A stretch of 63,433 nucleotides of DNA, the filler included, from Octopus bimaculoides (Eukaryota), in the NCBI RefSeq assembly GCF_001194135.2. It is 3 parts of 2 records of this genome, joined end to end, with 100 filler letters (N's around TTAATTAATTAA, not from the genome) between each part and the next. Parts side by side here need not be neighbours in the genome. Positions count along the whole stretch, not along the records: positions 32,076 to 54,319 come from NC_068982.1; 2 more parts are not named here. One strand, given 5' to 3'. Position numbers and translations under genes: made by a program. Each line of letters opens with the position of its first letter. Within the stretch, counting starts at the first letter, position 1. Positions 36,742 through 49,873 of this stretch are shown piece by piece. A model generated the notes under the pieces. It was not told the DNA's origin. It saw nothing but the letters and a program-made list of their open reading frames with translations, and did no database searches.

Positions 36742-37287
36742 TCATTGTAAAATGTGAAAACTCTGCAATAAACCAACGGCATATTTGAACTCATGAGTCA
36801 AGAACCGGAAGTCAAATACATTTTCATTTAACTCTTCATTATTCGCTATATATAAGGTCACTCTGAAGTAGAAATGTATTGATTTTTGATACATTCTTAT
36901 CTCATTACATTGTTTTAAATTCCTATTCTCTGTTTCTAGACTTGACCTTTCTTCATTGACATTTCTTATTGGGTTATTTGATGAAGATTTAATGAGGATT
37001 AGGTCATCAATATACAGATGTTGGCCCGAACAACTGGAAATGAATTTAAATAACAACCATTTGACAATTACATCGTGATATTGATTCTCTTTTACTAGGT
37101 CAGTTCTGTTTTTCCCATATAATATACAGTGAAACTGACTTCTCAATGTTATAAACACTAAGTCTCTTAACACTGCAATAGGATAAATGTCATGGCCAAC
37201 CCTGGCAGATTTTGAACTTAAAATATTGAAATAATATACAAGGTATTCTTTTATTCGTTTATTTTTTTTTTTACTTGTTGCGGCCAT
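36742..37287 (-). CDS. Unexplained 181-codon ORF (first codons come from a SINE tail); possibly contains real exon(s)
   Basis: Stop-free over 546 nt of very AT-rich, mostly unique DNA. Internal splice-like pairs: 37033-36947 (ttcatttccag| ... AAG|gtcaag) and 36862-36820 (ttctacttcag| ... AAT|gtattt). No family recognised. Confidence 0.3.
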   Translation of the reverse strand: MAATSKKKNKRIKEYLVYYFNILSSKSARVGHDIYPIAVLRDLVFITLRSQFHCILYGKNRTDLVKENQYHDVIVKWLLFKFISSCSGQHLYIDDLILIKSSSNNPIRNVNEERSSLETENRNLKQCNEIRMYQKSIHFYFRVTLYIANNEELNENVFDFRFLTHEFKYAVGLLQSFHILQ

Positions 37288-37838
37288 GTTGGAGCACCGT
37301 TTTGAGGGGTTTTAGTCAAAAAAATCGACACCAGGACTTATTTTTAAGCCTTGTACTTATTCTATCAGTCTCTTTTGCTGAACGACTGAGTTACGTGGAC
37401 GTAAACACACCAAGACCGGTTGTCAAGCGGTGATGGCGGCGACAGACACAGACACAAACACACACACATATATACATAAATGTGTGTGTGTGTGNNNNNN
37501 NNNNNNNNNNNNNNNNNNNNNNNNNNNNNNNNNNNNNNNNNNNNNNNNNNNNNNNNNNNNNNNNNNNNNNNNNNNNNNNNNNNNNNNNNNNNNNNNNNNN
37601 NNNNNNNNNNNNNNNNNNNNNNNNNNNNNNNNNNNNNNNNNNNNNNNNNNNNNNNNNNNNNNNNNNNNNATATATATATATATATATATACTGCGGACTT
37701 CTTTCGGTTTCTGTCTACCAAGGCTTTGGTTGCTCCAAGTAGATAGTAGAAATCATTGAAGGTGCCTCGCAATGGGACTGAACCTGGAAATATGCGATTG
37801 AGAAGCAAGTTTCTTACCATACAGTCGCGCCTGCGCCT
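37262..37838 (-). mobile_element. Full-length SINE family A, inverted relative to 35526-35999 (gap inside its microsatellite)
   Basis: Minus head ggcgcaggcgcgactgtatggtaagaaacttgcttctc; 3' cggtgctccaacatggccgcaac. Confidence 0.88.
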
Positions 37839-38529
37839 ATAGGTGCTAGCGTAGTACGGGAAATCACTGGCGAAAAGAACGATTAATGCATCAACAAGAA
37901 ATAATAGGGTATATGGAATATTGTTGGGAGCTCCTGTATTGTCTTCCGAATTGCTAGACATTATAACCAAATATCCAACAAATCACAGCGTACTACCTGG
38001 AAAATGGAAGGATACTTATATGTACCTGAAAAAAAAAAATAATAATGAAGTCCAATATACATTATATCCAAAAAATAAAAGGGTGAGAAGGACACACGGC
38101 TACTTGCCTTTCATCACATTCTTGCATGATGAAAACTAATCTGGAACTAAACAATAATGACAATAAAAGGTTAAATGAACAACGATTTTTTTAAATATAT
38201 TATGTAAGCACCTCATATGTGATTCTAAAATCACTTTCAATTGACTTCTTCAGACTGAGAACCAGATTAAGTACTTCGCCTCATGAAACCTGCTTTTATT
38301 CTATGAATTTTCTCCAACAGAACTGTCTATGGCTATCTAATAACAATTAAAATGCAATATCTTTTCAGTTGCCTTCACATACGAAATTATGAATAAACTA
38401 TGAAAATCATTCGGCCATGTGACAGGGTCAAGTTTTGACCAGGAATGACCATAATCGATTGACCTTAGAATAATTGACTGACCCTAGAATAATTGATTGA
38501 ATCTAGTTTATTGGTGCTTCCTATTGACC

Positions 38530-40135
38530 GAAAGTAATTATTTCTAGTTTAGGCACAAGGCTAGCGATTTTGAAGAAGGGAACAGAATCGATTTCATCGC
38601 CCTAAGTACTAGGCTGGTACGACATTTTATCAGAGTACAAACAGCTTGATCAAATACTGCAGGTTAATTTTCGGATGATCTATCGATTCTGGCAATTCTC
38701 ACAATTATCGATTACATATAGTTGTTTGTAATTTAGGGACAGGTCCGGCAATTTTAAAAGGACGGTATTAGTTGATTACTTCGAGCCGGTTAACAGAATA
38801 GTACTTAATTTTACCAACTCCGAAGGGGTTGAGAGTAAAACTTGGCCACACCGGTATTTGAAGTCAGGATATAAAGAACTGGAGCAAATAACGAAAAGCA
38901 TTTTGTCCGGTGCTGTAAAGAATTTGCTGATACACCATCTTTATGAATGGATTTTGTTTATGGCACAAGACCAGCGATCTTGAGGGAAGAGGATTAGTAG
39001 ATGATGGATCCCAGACTGAATGAAAATGCCAAAATTTGAAACAATTTTTCGAACTGGCAAAATTGTTAGAGCATCGGATTAATGCCATGCAATAGTTCTT
39101 CCGACTTTTATGCGCTGAGTTCGAATTCTACTGATGTCAGCTTTGCTTTTCATCCTTTCGGGGTCGATAAATAAAGTACCAGTCAAATACTAGGGTCAAT
39201 CTAATCGACCTGACTCATGCCTCTATAATTGCTGGTCTTGTGCAAAAATTTCCAAGAATCATCATCATCATCATCATCATCATCATTGAGTGAGAGAGTA
39301 GTGCATGCCATCAACGTGACACTGGGGTACAAACATACGAAGCTCAATATACCCATCATGACTACCCATTTGATAAGAGTACACCAAGCACATGCATCAC
39401 AGCCATATGTGCACAACATGGTGGTCTCATATCAAGATAAACAGCGCATGAACTTGCAGGTGACACCCAGTTAGAATTTTCTACAGGTCGAGTAGCCCAT
39501 CCTACTCAAAAGGTCCCTGAATAATGGTTGTTTAAGGACCTTGAGTGAAACACCCATGTTTCCAGGGGTGAATTATTCAACGCCCTACAGAATTCTTCTG
39601 AACACTTGGCTATGATGCTCCCCCACTACTGCTGCTTGTGATTAGAGCTGCACATATTGTCAGCCACTAAGGACATGCTCAACTGGTGAGGTTCAAACAA
39701 CTGACAGAATATTTTCTGTCACCCATCTTTTATAACAAGACAAAACATGTACATGATATAACACTTCCAATCAGTTAAGATCAGTCGCTACGTTCTAAGT
39801 TCAAGGTCCACCGAGATCGACTATGCCTTTCATCTTTTTGCGGTCGATAAATCAAGTACCAGTGAACCACTGGGTTCGATATAATCGACTAGTCCCCACT
39901 ACCAAAATGTCAAGCCTGGAGCCTATAGTTGAAAGGATTATTATCATTATCATTATTATTATTAACTCCTAGCTCTTTACGTCTTGTTTTCAAATTCCGC
40001 TGAGGTCCACTTTACCAATTATCTTCCCAACGCCGATAAAATAACGTACCAGTCAAATACTTGGGTCTACGGTATCGACTTCTCCATCCTTCAAAATGGT
40101 CGTCTTGTCACAAAATGAGAAACCATTATCATTTT
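38530..40135. mobile_element. Cluster of SINE family C copies on both strands, plus an unclassified interspersed repeat (about 39285-39785)
   Basis: Minus copies about 38530-38930; plus copies about 39050-39250, 39785-39950 and 39965-40130 (tttcatcctttcggggtcgataaa...gtacc motif), with (ATC)n/(ATT)n tails. Confidence 0.7.
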
Positions 40136-40380
40136 TCTGTTCTAGAGAGATAGAGATATCTATTTCTCAATGGAGAGGATATTGTTTCTCATGATAAAGA
40201 TAAGACAATAACTCTGCTACGTCTTGAACTTATGACTTTTAACAGAGTAATTTAAATAATTTCTGCATTATTCCACCATTATATTTCATCTCACCTATAC
40301 TCCTAGTCAAGTAAAACTGATAACTTTAATTACGCTACGATAACATTAACACTCATGCGCACACACGAACGCACACACAC

Positions 40381-40415
<35 letters not shown>

Positions 40416-40483
40416 NNNNNNNNNNNNNNNNNNNNNNNNNNNNNNNNNNNNNNNNNNNNNNNNNNNNNNNNNNNNNNNNNNNN

Positions 40484-40543
<60 letters not shown>

Positions 40544-40719
40544 TGTACACACAGACAAAGTAACATCTCGCTGTAACTATTCTGTTGGTTAGCCTTCCAT
40601 CTCTCTCTCTCTTCCTCTCATAAATACGTAGTCATGCTATACCACACACCATCGGCCTTTTTATGTTCTAACTCATACCCAGAGACAAACTTACTCTCGC
40701 TTTGCTTCTCTTTCCTTAC

Positions 40720-40753
<34 letters not shown>

Positions 40754-40839
40754 GTCAGTCTGTCGTCTGTTTATTTGTCTATCTACCCATCTACCTATTT
40801 ACCTCTCTATCAATCTAACTATCCATTTGTCATCTTTCA

Positions 40840-40899
<60 letters not shown>

Positions 40900-41449
40900 T
40901 ATTAGCTGTCTTTGTAACTAATTCTCTCTATCTCAAACTCACTCTCTCAGCCCCGCTCATTCTCTCTAGATTCCTTTCTATTGTACACACATACATACAA
41001 ATGTGCATATTCACGCACACACACACACGCACACTCACACTCATATACTTTGCATATACACACTCAAATTTATATACATGCATACATACATACACACTCC
41101 TCTTTATTTCCTTTCACCATTCACAGACACAGAAACACTCACACTATCGCTCACGTAGACATCCATTTTCTGACTTTCCCTCCTACTATTATATTTCTCT
41201 CATTCACTCACTTACTCGTCACCCTTTCTATTTTCCTTTCCTTTGTCTCCATCTCTCACTAATCCTTCCTCTCTCACACTCACACTCTTTCACTTTCCCT
41301 CTCTCATACTCTCACTCTGCTACTCTCTCAATGTTAAAATTACTCTGACCTCTATTTTGACCTCACTTTATTGTGGCCTTTAATAATCTCTAGTCTTAAT
41401 CATAATTAATATTATTTATAACGTAACATAAGCATGAGACAATAACTAT

Positions 41450-42512
41450 AAGAAAAGAGTGCATTCGGCTAAATCCATCTCAGTATTTAACTGGTATTTT
41501 ATTTTATCGTCCCAATTACAATGAAAGACAAAATTCGTTTCGGCTGAATTTGTACTCAGAAAGTAGAGAGCGGGAACAAATATTGTAAAGAACTATGCCA
41601 ACGTTCTAACTATTCTGAAAATTCACCAAACAACAATAATAGTAACAACAATAATAATCCTTCCTACAAAAGGCCTAACATTTGGGGAGGGGAGAGTTGA
41701 TTACATCGACCCCAATACTCAACTGGTACTTATTTTATCGACTTCGAAAGGATGAGAGGCAAAGTCCAGCTTGGCCGAATATCAACTCAGAACGTAGAGA
41801 CCGACGAAATGCTGCTAAGCATCTTTCCCAAGCGTGTTACCGATTCTCTCATCTCGCCGCCTTCAACAACAACAATGATAATCCTTTCTACTATAGGCAC
41901 GAGGCCTGAAATTGTGACATGGGCGAGAAGGGAGTGGGAGAGTCGATTTCATCGAGCCCAGTGTTTCAGCAGTATTTAACTTATCGACCTCCGAAAGAAT
42001 GAAAGGTAATGTCGTTCTCGACAGATTTTGAACTCAGAACATAAAGACGGACGAAATGTCGACAAGCAGAACAATAATTATAATTGTTTAAAATTTCAGT
42101 ACAAGGCCAGCAATTGGGTTGTGGGATTATCGATTACATTGGCTCTAGTACTTGATTGGTACTTTATTTCATCGATCACGAAACGATGAAAAGCAATGTC
42201 GTCCTCAAAACATAAAGATCTGGAAGAAATAGCGCTAAGCATTTTGTCCGACATATCAACGATTCTGTCAGCTCATCGCCTTAACAACAACAATAATAAT
42301 GATTTCAAATTTTGATACAAAACTAGCAAGTTTGGGCTAGGGGGCAGTCGATTACAGCAACCCCAGTATTATATTAGCACCTATTTTATCGACCGAAAGG
42401 ATGAAAGTCAAAGTCGACCTCGGCGGAATTTGAACTCAGAACGTAGCGACGGGCGAATTACCTCTAAGCATTTCCTCCAGCGTGTTGATCATTCTGCCAG
42501 CTCGCTGCCTTA
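41450..42512 (-). mobile_element. Head-to-tail array of five diverged SINE family C copies
   Basis: Units at about 41450, 41655, 41878, 42085 and 42300, each with variants of ttttatcgac...gaaaggatgaaag...gaactcagaacgtag, separated by short (AAC/AAT)n spacers. Confidence 0.85.
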
Positions 42513-43496
<984 letters not shown>

Positions 43497-43504
43497 CCTG
43501 AATG

Positions 43505-44350
43505 CCCAAAAATTTGGTTACCGCAATGAATATCTGAGCAGTTCAACACTGGACAGAAGGACGGGAAAGTTGATGCCACTGCATGGGGCGTTACACCTTA
43601 AAGCAAACTTAAACAGACTGTATATGAAAAGAAAGAATGGTAGCAAAGGACTAATTTGTATAGACCATTGTATAAGGAGTGAAAGGAGAGCGCTTAACGA
43701 GTATTTGATAAATAGTGATGGAGACCTGCTGCAATATGCCGCGAAAGATATGGGTGTAAATGCAGATCAAATGATGGGCAAGGAAGAGTTTAACCAAAGA
43801 GCTGAGAAGAGAAAAGAAGACTTTCTTGAAATGAGAATGCTTGGACAGTTTGAAAGGAATACACAAGACGTTGAGGATGATACGGCAATAATAATTAGTG
43901 AAATATAACATCTATAAAACATCTGAAACCCGGAAATGCAGACTCTGTGGAAAGAGAGTGGAAAATGTGACCCACTTGGTAAGTGGACGTGAGAGCCTTG
44001 CACAAAAATAATACAAACGCTGCCACGATAAAGTGTGTGTGTATTTTCATTGGCTCTTATGCCGTAAATACCAATATGAAGTAACAGAGATCTGGTATGA
44101 GCATGTACCAAGTGAAGTTATCCAGGAGGATGGAAAAGTAACGATAGTCTGGGACTATGATTTTCAGACGGATCGTGCAATCGAACACCGTCGGCCGGAT
44201 ATTGTCATATTGAATAAGAAAGACAAATACTGTCAGATCCTTGATGTAAACATACCAAATGACATGAATGTTGTGAGTAAAGAGATTGAAAAAATCACAA
44301 AGGACTCCTAATTGATACCAGTGATACCAGTGGTGATCGGAGAGTCTGTG
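43505..44350 (+). mobile_element. Second, diverged R4/Dong-like family fragment
   Basis: HGALHLKANLNRLYMKRKNGSKGL; CRLCGKRVENVTHL; WYEHVP...VWDYDFQTDRAIEHRRPDIVILNK...LDVNIPND..KEIEKITK. Confidence 0.85.
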
Positions 44351-44363
44351 GCATTTTATTATT

Positions 44364-44562
44364 AGAATCGTTAGCATGCCGGGCAAAATGTTTAGCAGCA
44401 TTTCGTATTTCTTCCAACTCTGAGTTCAAATTCCGCCGAGGTCGCCTTTACCTTTCTACATTTCAGGGTTGATGAAATAAGTACCAGCTGTGCGCTGGGG
44501 TCGATATAATCGACTTAAACCCTTCCCTCGAAATTACTGGCCTTGTGCCAAAATTTGAATCC
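44364..44562 (+). mobile_element. SINE family C copy with (AGT)n tail
   Basis: agaatcgttagcatgccgggcaaaatg...ctgagttcaaattccgccgaggtcg...ggccttgtgccaaaatttg. Confidence 0.85.
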
Positions 44563-44699
44563 AGTAGTAGTAGTAGTAGTAGTAGTAGCAGCAGCAGCAA
44601 TTTTAGTACTATTCCCCTCATGTATATCGCTGTGTGTAATAAAAGAAAGTAGTAATAGTAGGTATAGCAGCAGCAGCTGCTGTTATTATAGTCGTGATA

Positions 44700-45125
44700 C
44701 TAATGATGGTCGCAGTAGTAATGTCAGAATTGCGATTGCATTGGCAACTTTTACCTTTAAATCAACCCAACCACCAACCCCGCCTCGTTTCCCTCCCCAG
44801 CTCCGAGTAAAGGAACCGCTCGGAACGGAAACCGTGACCTCTTCTCATTACTTGCGGCATGCTTTGACCTCCAACTCAAAAGACAATCGCCATAGATTAC
44901 GTTATCGCTTTCGAACACGTTTGAATAATCATTCGACATAAGCACGCGCACGCGCACGCGCACGCGCACGCGCACTCACAAACACACACACATACCTGAG
45001 AATGCGTACATACATGCACATATGTACCAACACGCACATACGCATAATCACAGACACACACACACACACACACGCGCGCGCGTACACTTGGTGTTCGACG
45101 CCATCATTTCGTAATGACGCTAATC
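44700..45125. promoter_or_regulatory. CpG/GC-enriched non-TE segment, possible promoter or first exon
   Basis: Local excess of CpG, (GCGCAC)n at 44942-44975, minus-strand donor-like AAG|gtaaaa at 44754. Confidence 0.25.
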
Positions 45126-45132
45126 TGCCCAG

Positions 45133-45247
45133 TCATCATCATCATCATCATCACCATCATCATCATCATTATCAATTTCATCATCATTATAATCGGCGAA
45201 GGCGGCGACGGCGGCTGCAGCGTCGAGAGAGTTATCACTACCACTAG

Positions 45248-45302
<55 letters not shown>

Positions 45303-45506
45303 TTTCTCGTTTATCAATGTCGTCGTCGATGTCGCCTTCATCATCCAGGCCGTTACCCCGACATTACCATCACCACCATCGCTACCACCATCACTACCAG
45401 CATCAATACAGGAGCTGGAGCAGCAATCTCTCATTCCTCTTCCTCCCCACTGCATCCTTCTCATCCTCCCCATCATCGTCATCATCATCATCGTCATCAA
45501 TATCGC

Positions 45507-45548
<42 letters not shown>

Positions 45549-45740
45549 TATTATTATCATCATTCTTGTCGTCATCATCATTGTCTATTGTCAATGTTAT
45601 CAGTAAATTTGTTTGGTTAATTATACTTCCTGTCCGCAATTCCTGCAAGAAGAAAAGATAGGAAAATGAAAAAAGAAAGGAAATGGAAGAAGGAAAGAAA
45701 ATAAGTAGTGAGCAAAAGAAAGAAAGAAAGAAAGAAAAAA

Positions 45741-45792
<52 letters not shown>

Positions 45793-45910
45793 ATGAAAGA
45801 AACAAAGAATGAATGAATGAATGAATGAAAGAAAGAATGAAAGAAAGAAACGAATAAACAAATAAAGAAAAAAGAAACAAACAAACAAACAAGCAGCAAA
45901 GAGGAAAGGA

Positions 45911-45982
<72 letters not shown>
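45133..45982. repeat. (CAT)n-rich tract followed by (GAAA)n/(GAAT)n tract
   Basis: Directly visible; accounts for the poly-H/D/M/S/F ORFs. Confidence 0.95.
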
Positions 45983-47388
45983 GAGAATGGTTGAAAGAAA
46001 AATGTACGAAAACTGATCGAAAGACAGAGAAAAATGGAAAAAGGAAAAAAGGGTACGAAAAACGGTAAAAGGGGAAAAGAAAGAAAAAAAACGAAGGAAA
46101 AAAGAAATCAAAGAGCCAATAGTCAGAATGGAAAACGAGAATAAGATGGAGAGAATAAACGAGAGATAGAGAGAGAGTCAGGAGTAGGGGGAGAGTACGA
46201 GAAAGAGATAGAGTCATGGAAAGAGAAAGACAGAAAGGGAGTAGACGAAGTTGCTAAATGACCAGCTGTAACCATCTTAGTCCTCCCACTTCAGCAGTTA
46301 ATTTTCTGGATATCTTCATGAAGCTTTCACCGAAGAAGCAAAGTGGAAAGGAGGAGGAAAAGGTAGAGCAAGAGGCGCAAGAGAACGAGGTAAAAGAAAA
46401 AAAACAGTCAATGAAATCAAACGTCTAACTGTTTTCATTATTTTTTCTCAATGCATTCTGCCTTCTTTGCCCGATGCCATATGCCACACGAAATAAGCGA
46501 AATAACTGAAAGTATTCCATTCTGTTGCATCATTAGCGAATAGTTATTCTTTTGTTCCATTTTAAATTGCTTGTTACATTTGCAGATGGTAAATACTGAT
46601 ATTTTAAGCTAGGTTTGTATGCTTCTTGGTGTAGAAATGGTAGCTAACGGTGATGCTGCTGCAATGGGTAAAAACTTTTTGCTGTTGTTACCGCTCCATT
46701 GTTGATTTTACTCATCTGGATATTTTTGTTGCGTTTCTCCTTCTACTGGTATTGTTAATGTTCATTATTCTTTCGTTTTTGCTTCATTATGCTGAGTTTT
46801 ATGAACAATAGTGTCCCTTGTTATAGGTTTGTAAATAATATCGGTTAGAAAACACAGGTTAAATGATTTATTATAGTGTTAAAGTTAAAACATTAACACT
46901 GAAGGTCATTAAGATAGGTTCTTATCCAAGTTTGTTCTATAATATCAACAATGGTTATGTTTCAGTTCATAATTGTTTTGGAGAGAGCTCTGAATTTTTC
47001 CCAAACGCAACTTAGATATACGAAGAAAATAAGCTAACTCAACATATCAACTGATCCAGTGAAATACCATTATGCCTTTGATATGAGTGAGTTGATCTGT
47101 TTATCTAATCTCATTGGTCAAAATTCGGTCAGAAGTTCTGCAACAGAAAATAAGCTTCCTTTCTCTTAAAAGTTTATATATATATCGTCCATTTAATTAG
47201 ACATGTTATTTATGAATTTCCAAGATAACTGCAATAACAGGCTTTCGAAACGTGACTATAAAAGTTTAAAGACAAATAAGATAATAGTTTTCTTGAATAT
47301 CTTTACAAATTTTATTAGTAAATAGTCAACAGTAAAGAAACTTTTCTTCATACAATATTTCATTTCTCAAAGCCTCTTTCTCTCTCTC

Positions 47389-47505
<117 letters not shown>

Positions 47506-48525
47506 ATAACCGGGGTTAGATGTTTGAATTAGAATTGCTAGCATTTGTATATTTTACAGCCGGTGACATTAATATGAAGTTGAAAGAGGTGAAGCATAGA
47601 AAATAGGTTGGGTAGTTGTGCAGAAAGACAGCAAATGCAGTAATTATTTTTACATATGTACAAGAGTTTATTTTTACATCTTCTATCAATACTGTATAGA
47701 CTTGAATGGTATAAGCCGTGAGATAATCATTAATGAAACTAATATAAAATATCAGTCAAAAATAGTATGCAAGAGTTCAGGATGTCATATAAAAGAACAA
47801 CAAGTGTTAGTGCCAAAGAGCAAGATGCGCACATGCATTAGAAGAAATACGTTTTACAAATGTTCAAGAATCAATTTTCAATTACTAAGTAACTTGTAAA
47901 GTATTATGTCATATGGAGTATTTGTGAATTAGTTTCTCTAGGGTGGTACGATAAAGGGAAGAAAATAAACATATTTTTATCGGGAAAGAGTTCACTGTTT
48001 TGGAGATTCGTTCAGTACAACATATGTCAGAATGATCCGATTCGAAGTAGAGATTCATGCGATGGAGGTCGATGAATATGTAACCGTAAGCTGCGATGGC
48101 TTGTAACACTAGTATAAGTTGCATTCATTTTTTAACTATGCATCCTTTCATATTATCAATGCTCATGCAACTTAATCGAAGTTGATTTAGTCTGTGAAAA
48201 GCAATTAAATATGTGCGGTCTATATTATTCGAATTAAGCTGTAAGATACCTGTCCAATAAATAAGTGGGCTACATTGCTGAAGAAAGCTGATGTACTGCG
48301 AGAAGTGAGCTGCATAGCAGATGGTTGCTTTAACGGTCACTGATTTGTAATTAGTTCGTATGGTTCCTCCACAAAGCAGTTGGTAAAATGGCTTTCGTGA
48401 ACTAGTGATGAAAATACCCTAAATAGACGTGATCTATTATGCTAATCATCTGGCTTATCTGTTAGCATCCAATCTGTAGAGAAACGAAATTGTGAATTGC
48501 ATCTTCATTTATAATCATACACATA

Positions 48526-49774
48526 CAACGGTCGGCTGCAAAGTTCATTGGCTGACCAAGATACTTTCATGGAAATTGACCAAGTGAGGTCACACTTCTT
48601 CCGTCGGTGTTGCAGTACTTGGATCCCAATGGCGAAAAACCTTTCATCCTCTGGGTCAAAAATGTCATCAACAGCAGGTATGATGTCATCATTACTTTCT
48701 TACTGGTTCCCAGCCAAGTAGTTTTTCCTGTTCGGGAATATATGATAGTCAGGTGGGGCCAAATCAGGAGAAAAGGGAGAGTGATCAATCAGTTCAAAGC
48801 TACAATCTTGCACAACAGCCTTTGACCCAATGCCTTGTGCTGAAGCGTTGTCTTCATAAGAGAAGATCCCTTTTAGTTAGTTTTCCTGGGTGCATGGTCT
48901 TGATAGCCTTTCGTAACTTCCTCAGCAAGTTGGCACCATTGATGCACCATTGATGCACTATTGATGATGTGGCCAATTTGAAGATAGATACAATGCCTTT
49001 TCACATCAAAATACTGAGGCCATCACCTTCCCTGCAGATGAAACAATCTTGGCCGTCTTCTCAACAAGTGAGGAGGGGTGTTTCCACTACATAGATTCTC
49101 TTTTTGTCTCTGGTTCAAAGTGATAAGCCAGTGTAACTCATCCTGGGTCAGGAAACGTTCAAGGAAACCAGCTGGATATATCTGAGACAATGTCATTTTC
49201 CTGTGATGCGATGAGCTTGATGCGTTTTTAAGTGTCAGAAAACATGGCACCCACCGAGTAGAAACCTTTGTCATACCAAGTCCATTGTGTAGAATATTCT
49301 CAACTCTCTCATGAGATATGTTAATAGCATTGACTATTTGGTTTATAGTCAATCGCCTGCCATCGATCAGCATGAGGTGAACATAATCAATGTTTTCCTC
49401 GGTGATGGTACTTGCGGGACGTCCAGACATTGGATCATCTTCAAGACTCCTCGTTTCCGTCCTAAATTCAGACACCCACTTCAGCACTGTTGATAAAGCT
49501 GAAGCATCATCCCATAATGTGGCAACCATGTCAGCATGAATGTCTTTGGGGGCTGAACTATTTTTCTGCGGGTAATTTATAACACCATGATGCCAAATTT
49601 TGTCGATTTTCAAGAGAATTCTTCTAAGTCTTTTTTGAACAGCCATATTTTTCTTTAACCAGAAAGAAACAATGCCGTTATTGATAAGAAGAGTTGAAAT
49701 TAATGCATGCAAGATTTAACAGTTCTAGCATCACTCCATCAAAGTCTGCCTATGAACTTTTCCGCTCAGCCACT
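48526..49774 (-). mobile_element. Near full-length decayed mariner (about 1.25 kb)
   Basis: HTH region TVLKWVSEF...LEDDPMSGRP, KVSTRWVP, FLTQDE, and FSPDLAP-like motif. Degenerate TIRs (..aaagttcat[t/a]ggc[t/a]gac) with TA at 48524 and 49775. Confidence 0.9.
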
Positions 49775-49829
49775 TAGAATAGTCCCTTGTCCAGGTCAAT
49801 AGATTCCTTGTTTGTAATCTTAACATCCC

Positions 49830-49873
<44 letters not shown>

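Noticed and set aside
41450-42512. Repeat-spacer appearance suggestive of CRISPR
   Set aside because: Units are about 200-bp diverged SINEs in eukaryotic DNA; no identical short repeats and no cas genes.
45104-46217. Poly-His/Asp/Met/Ser/Phe ORFs
   Set aside because: Translations of (CAT)n and (GAAA)n microsatellites.
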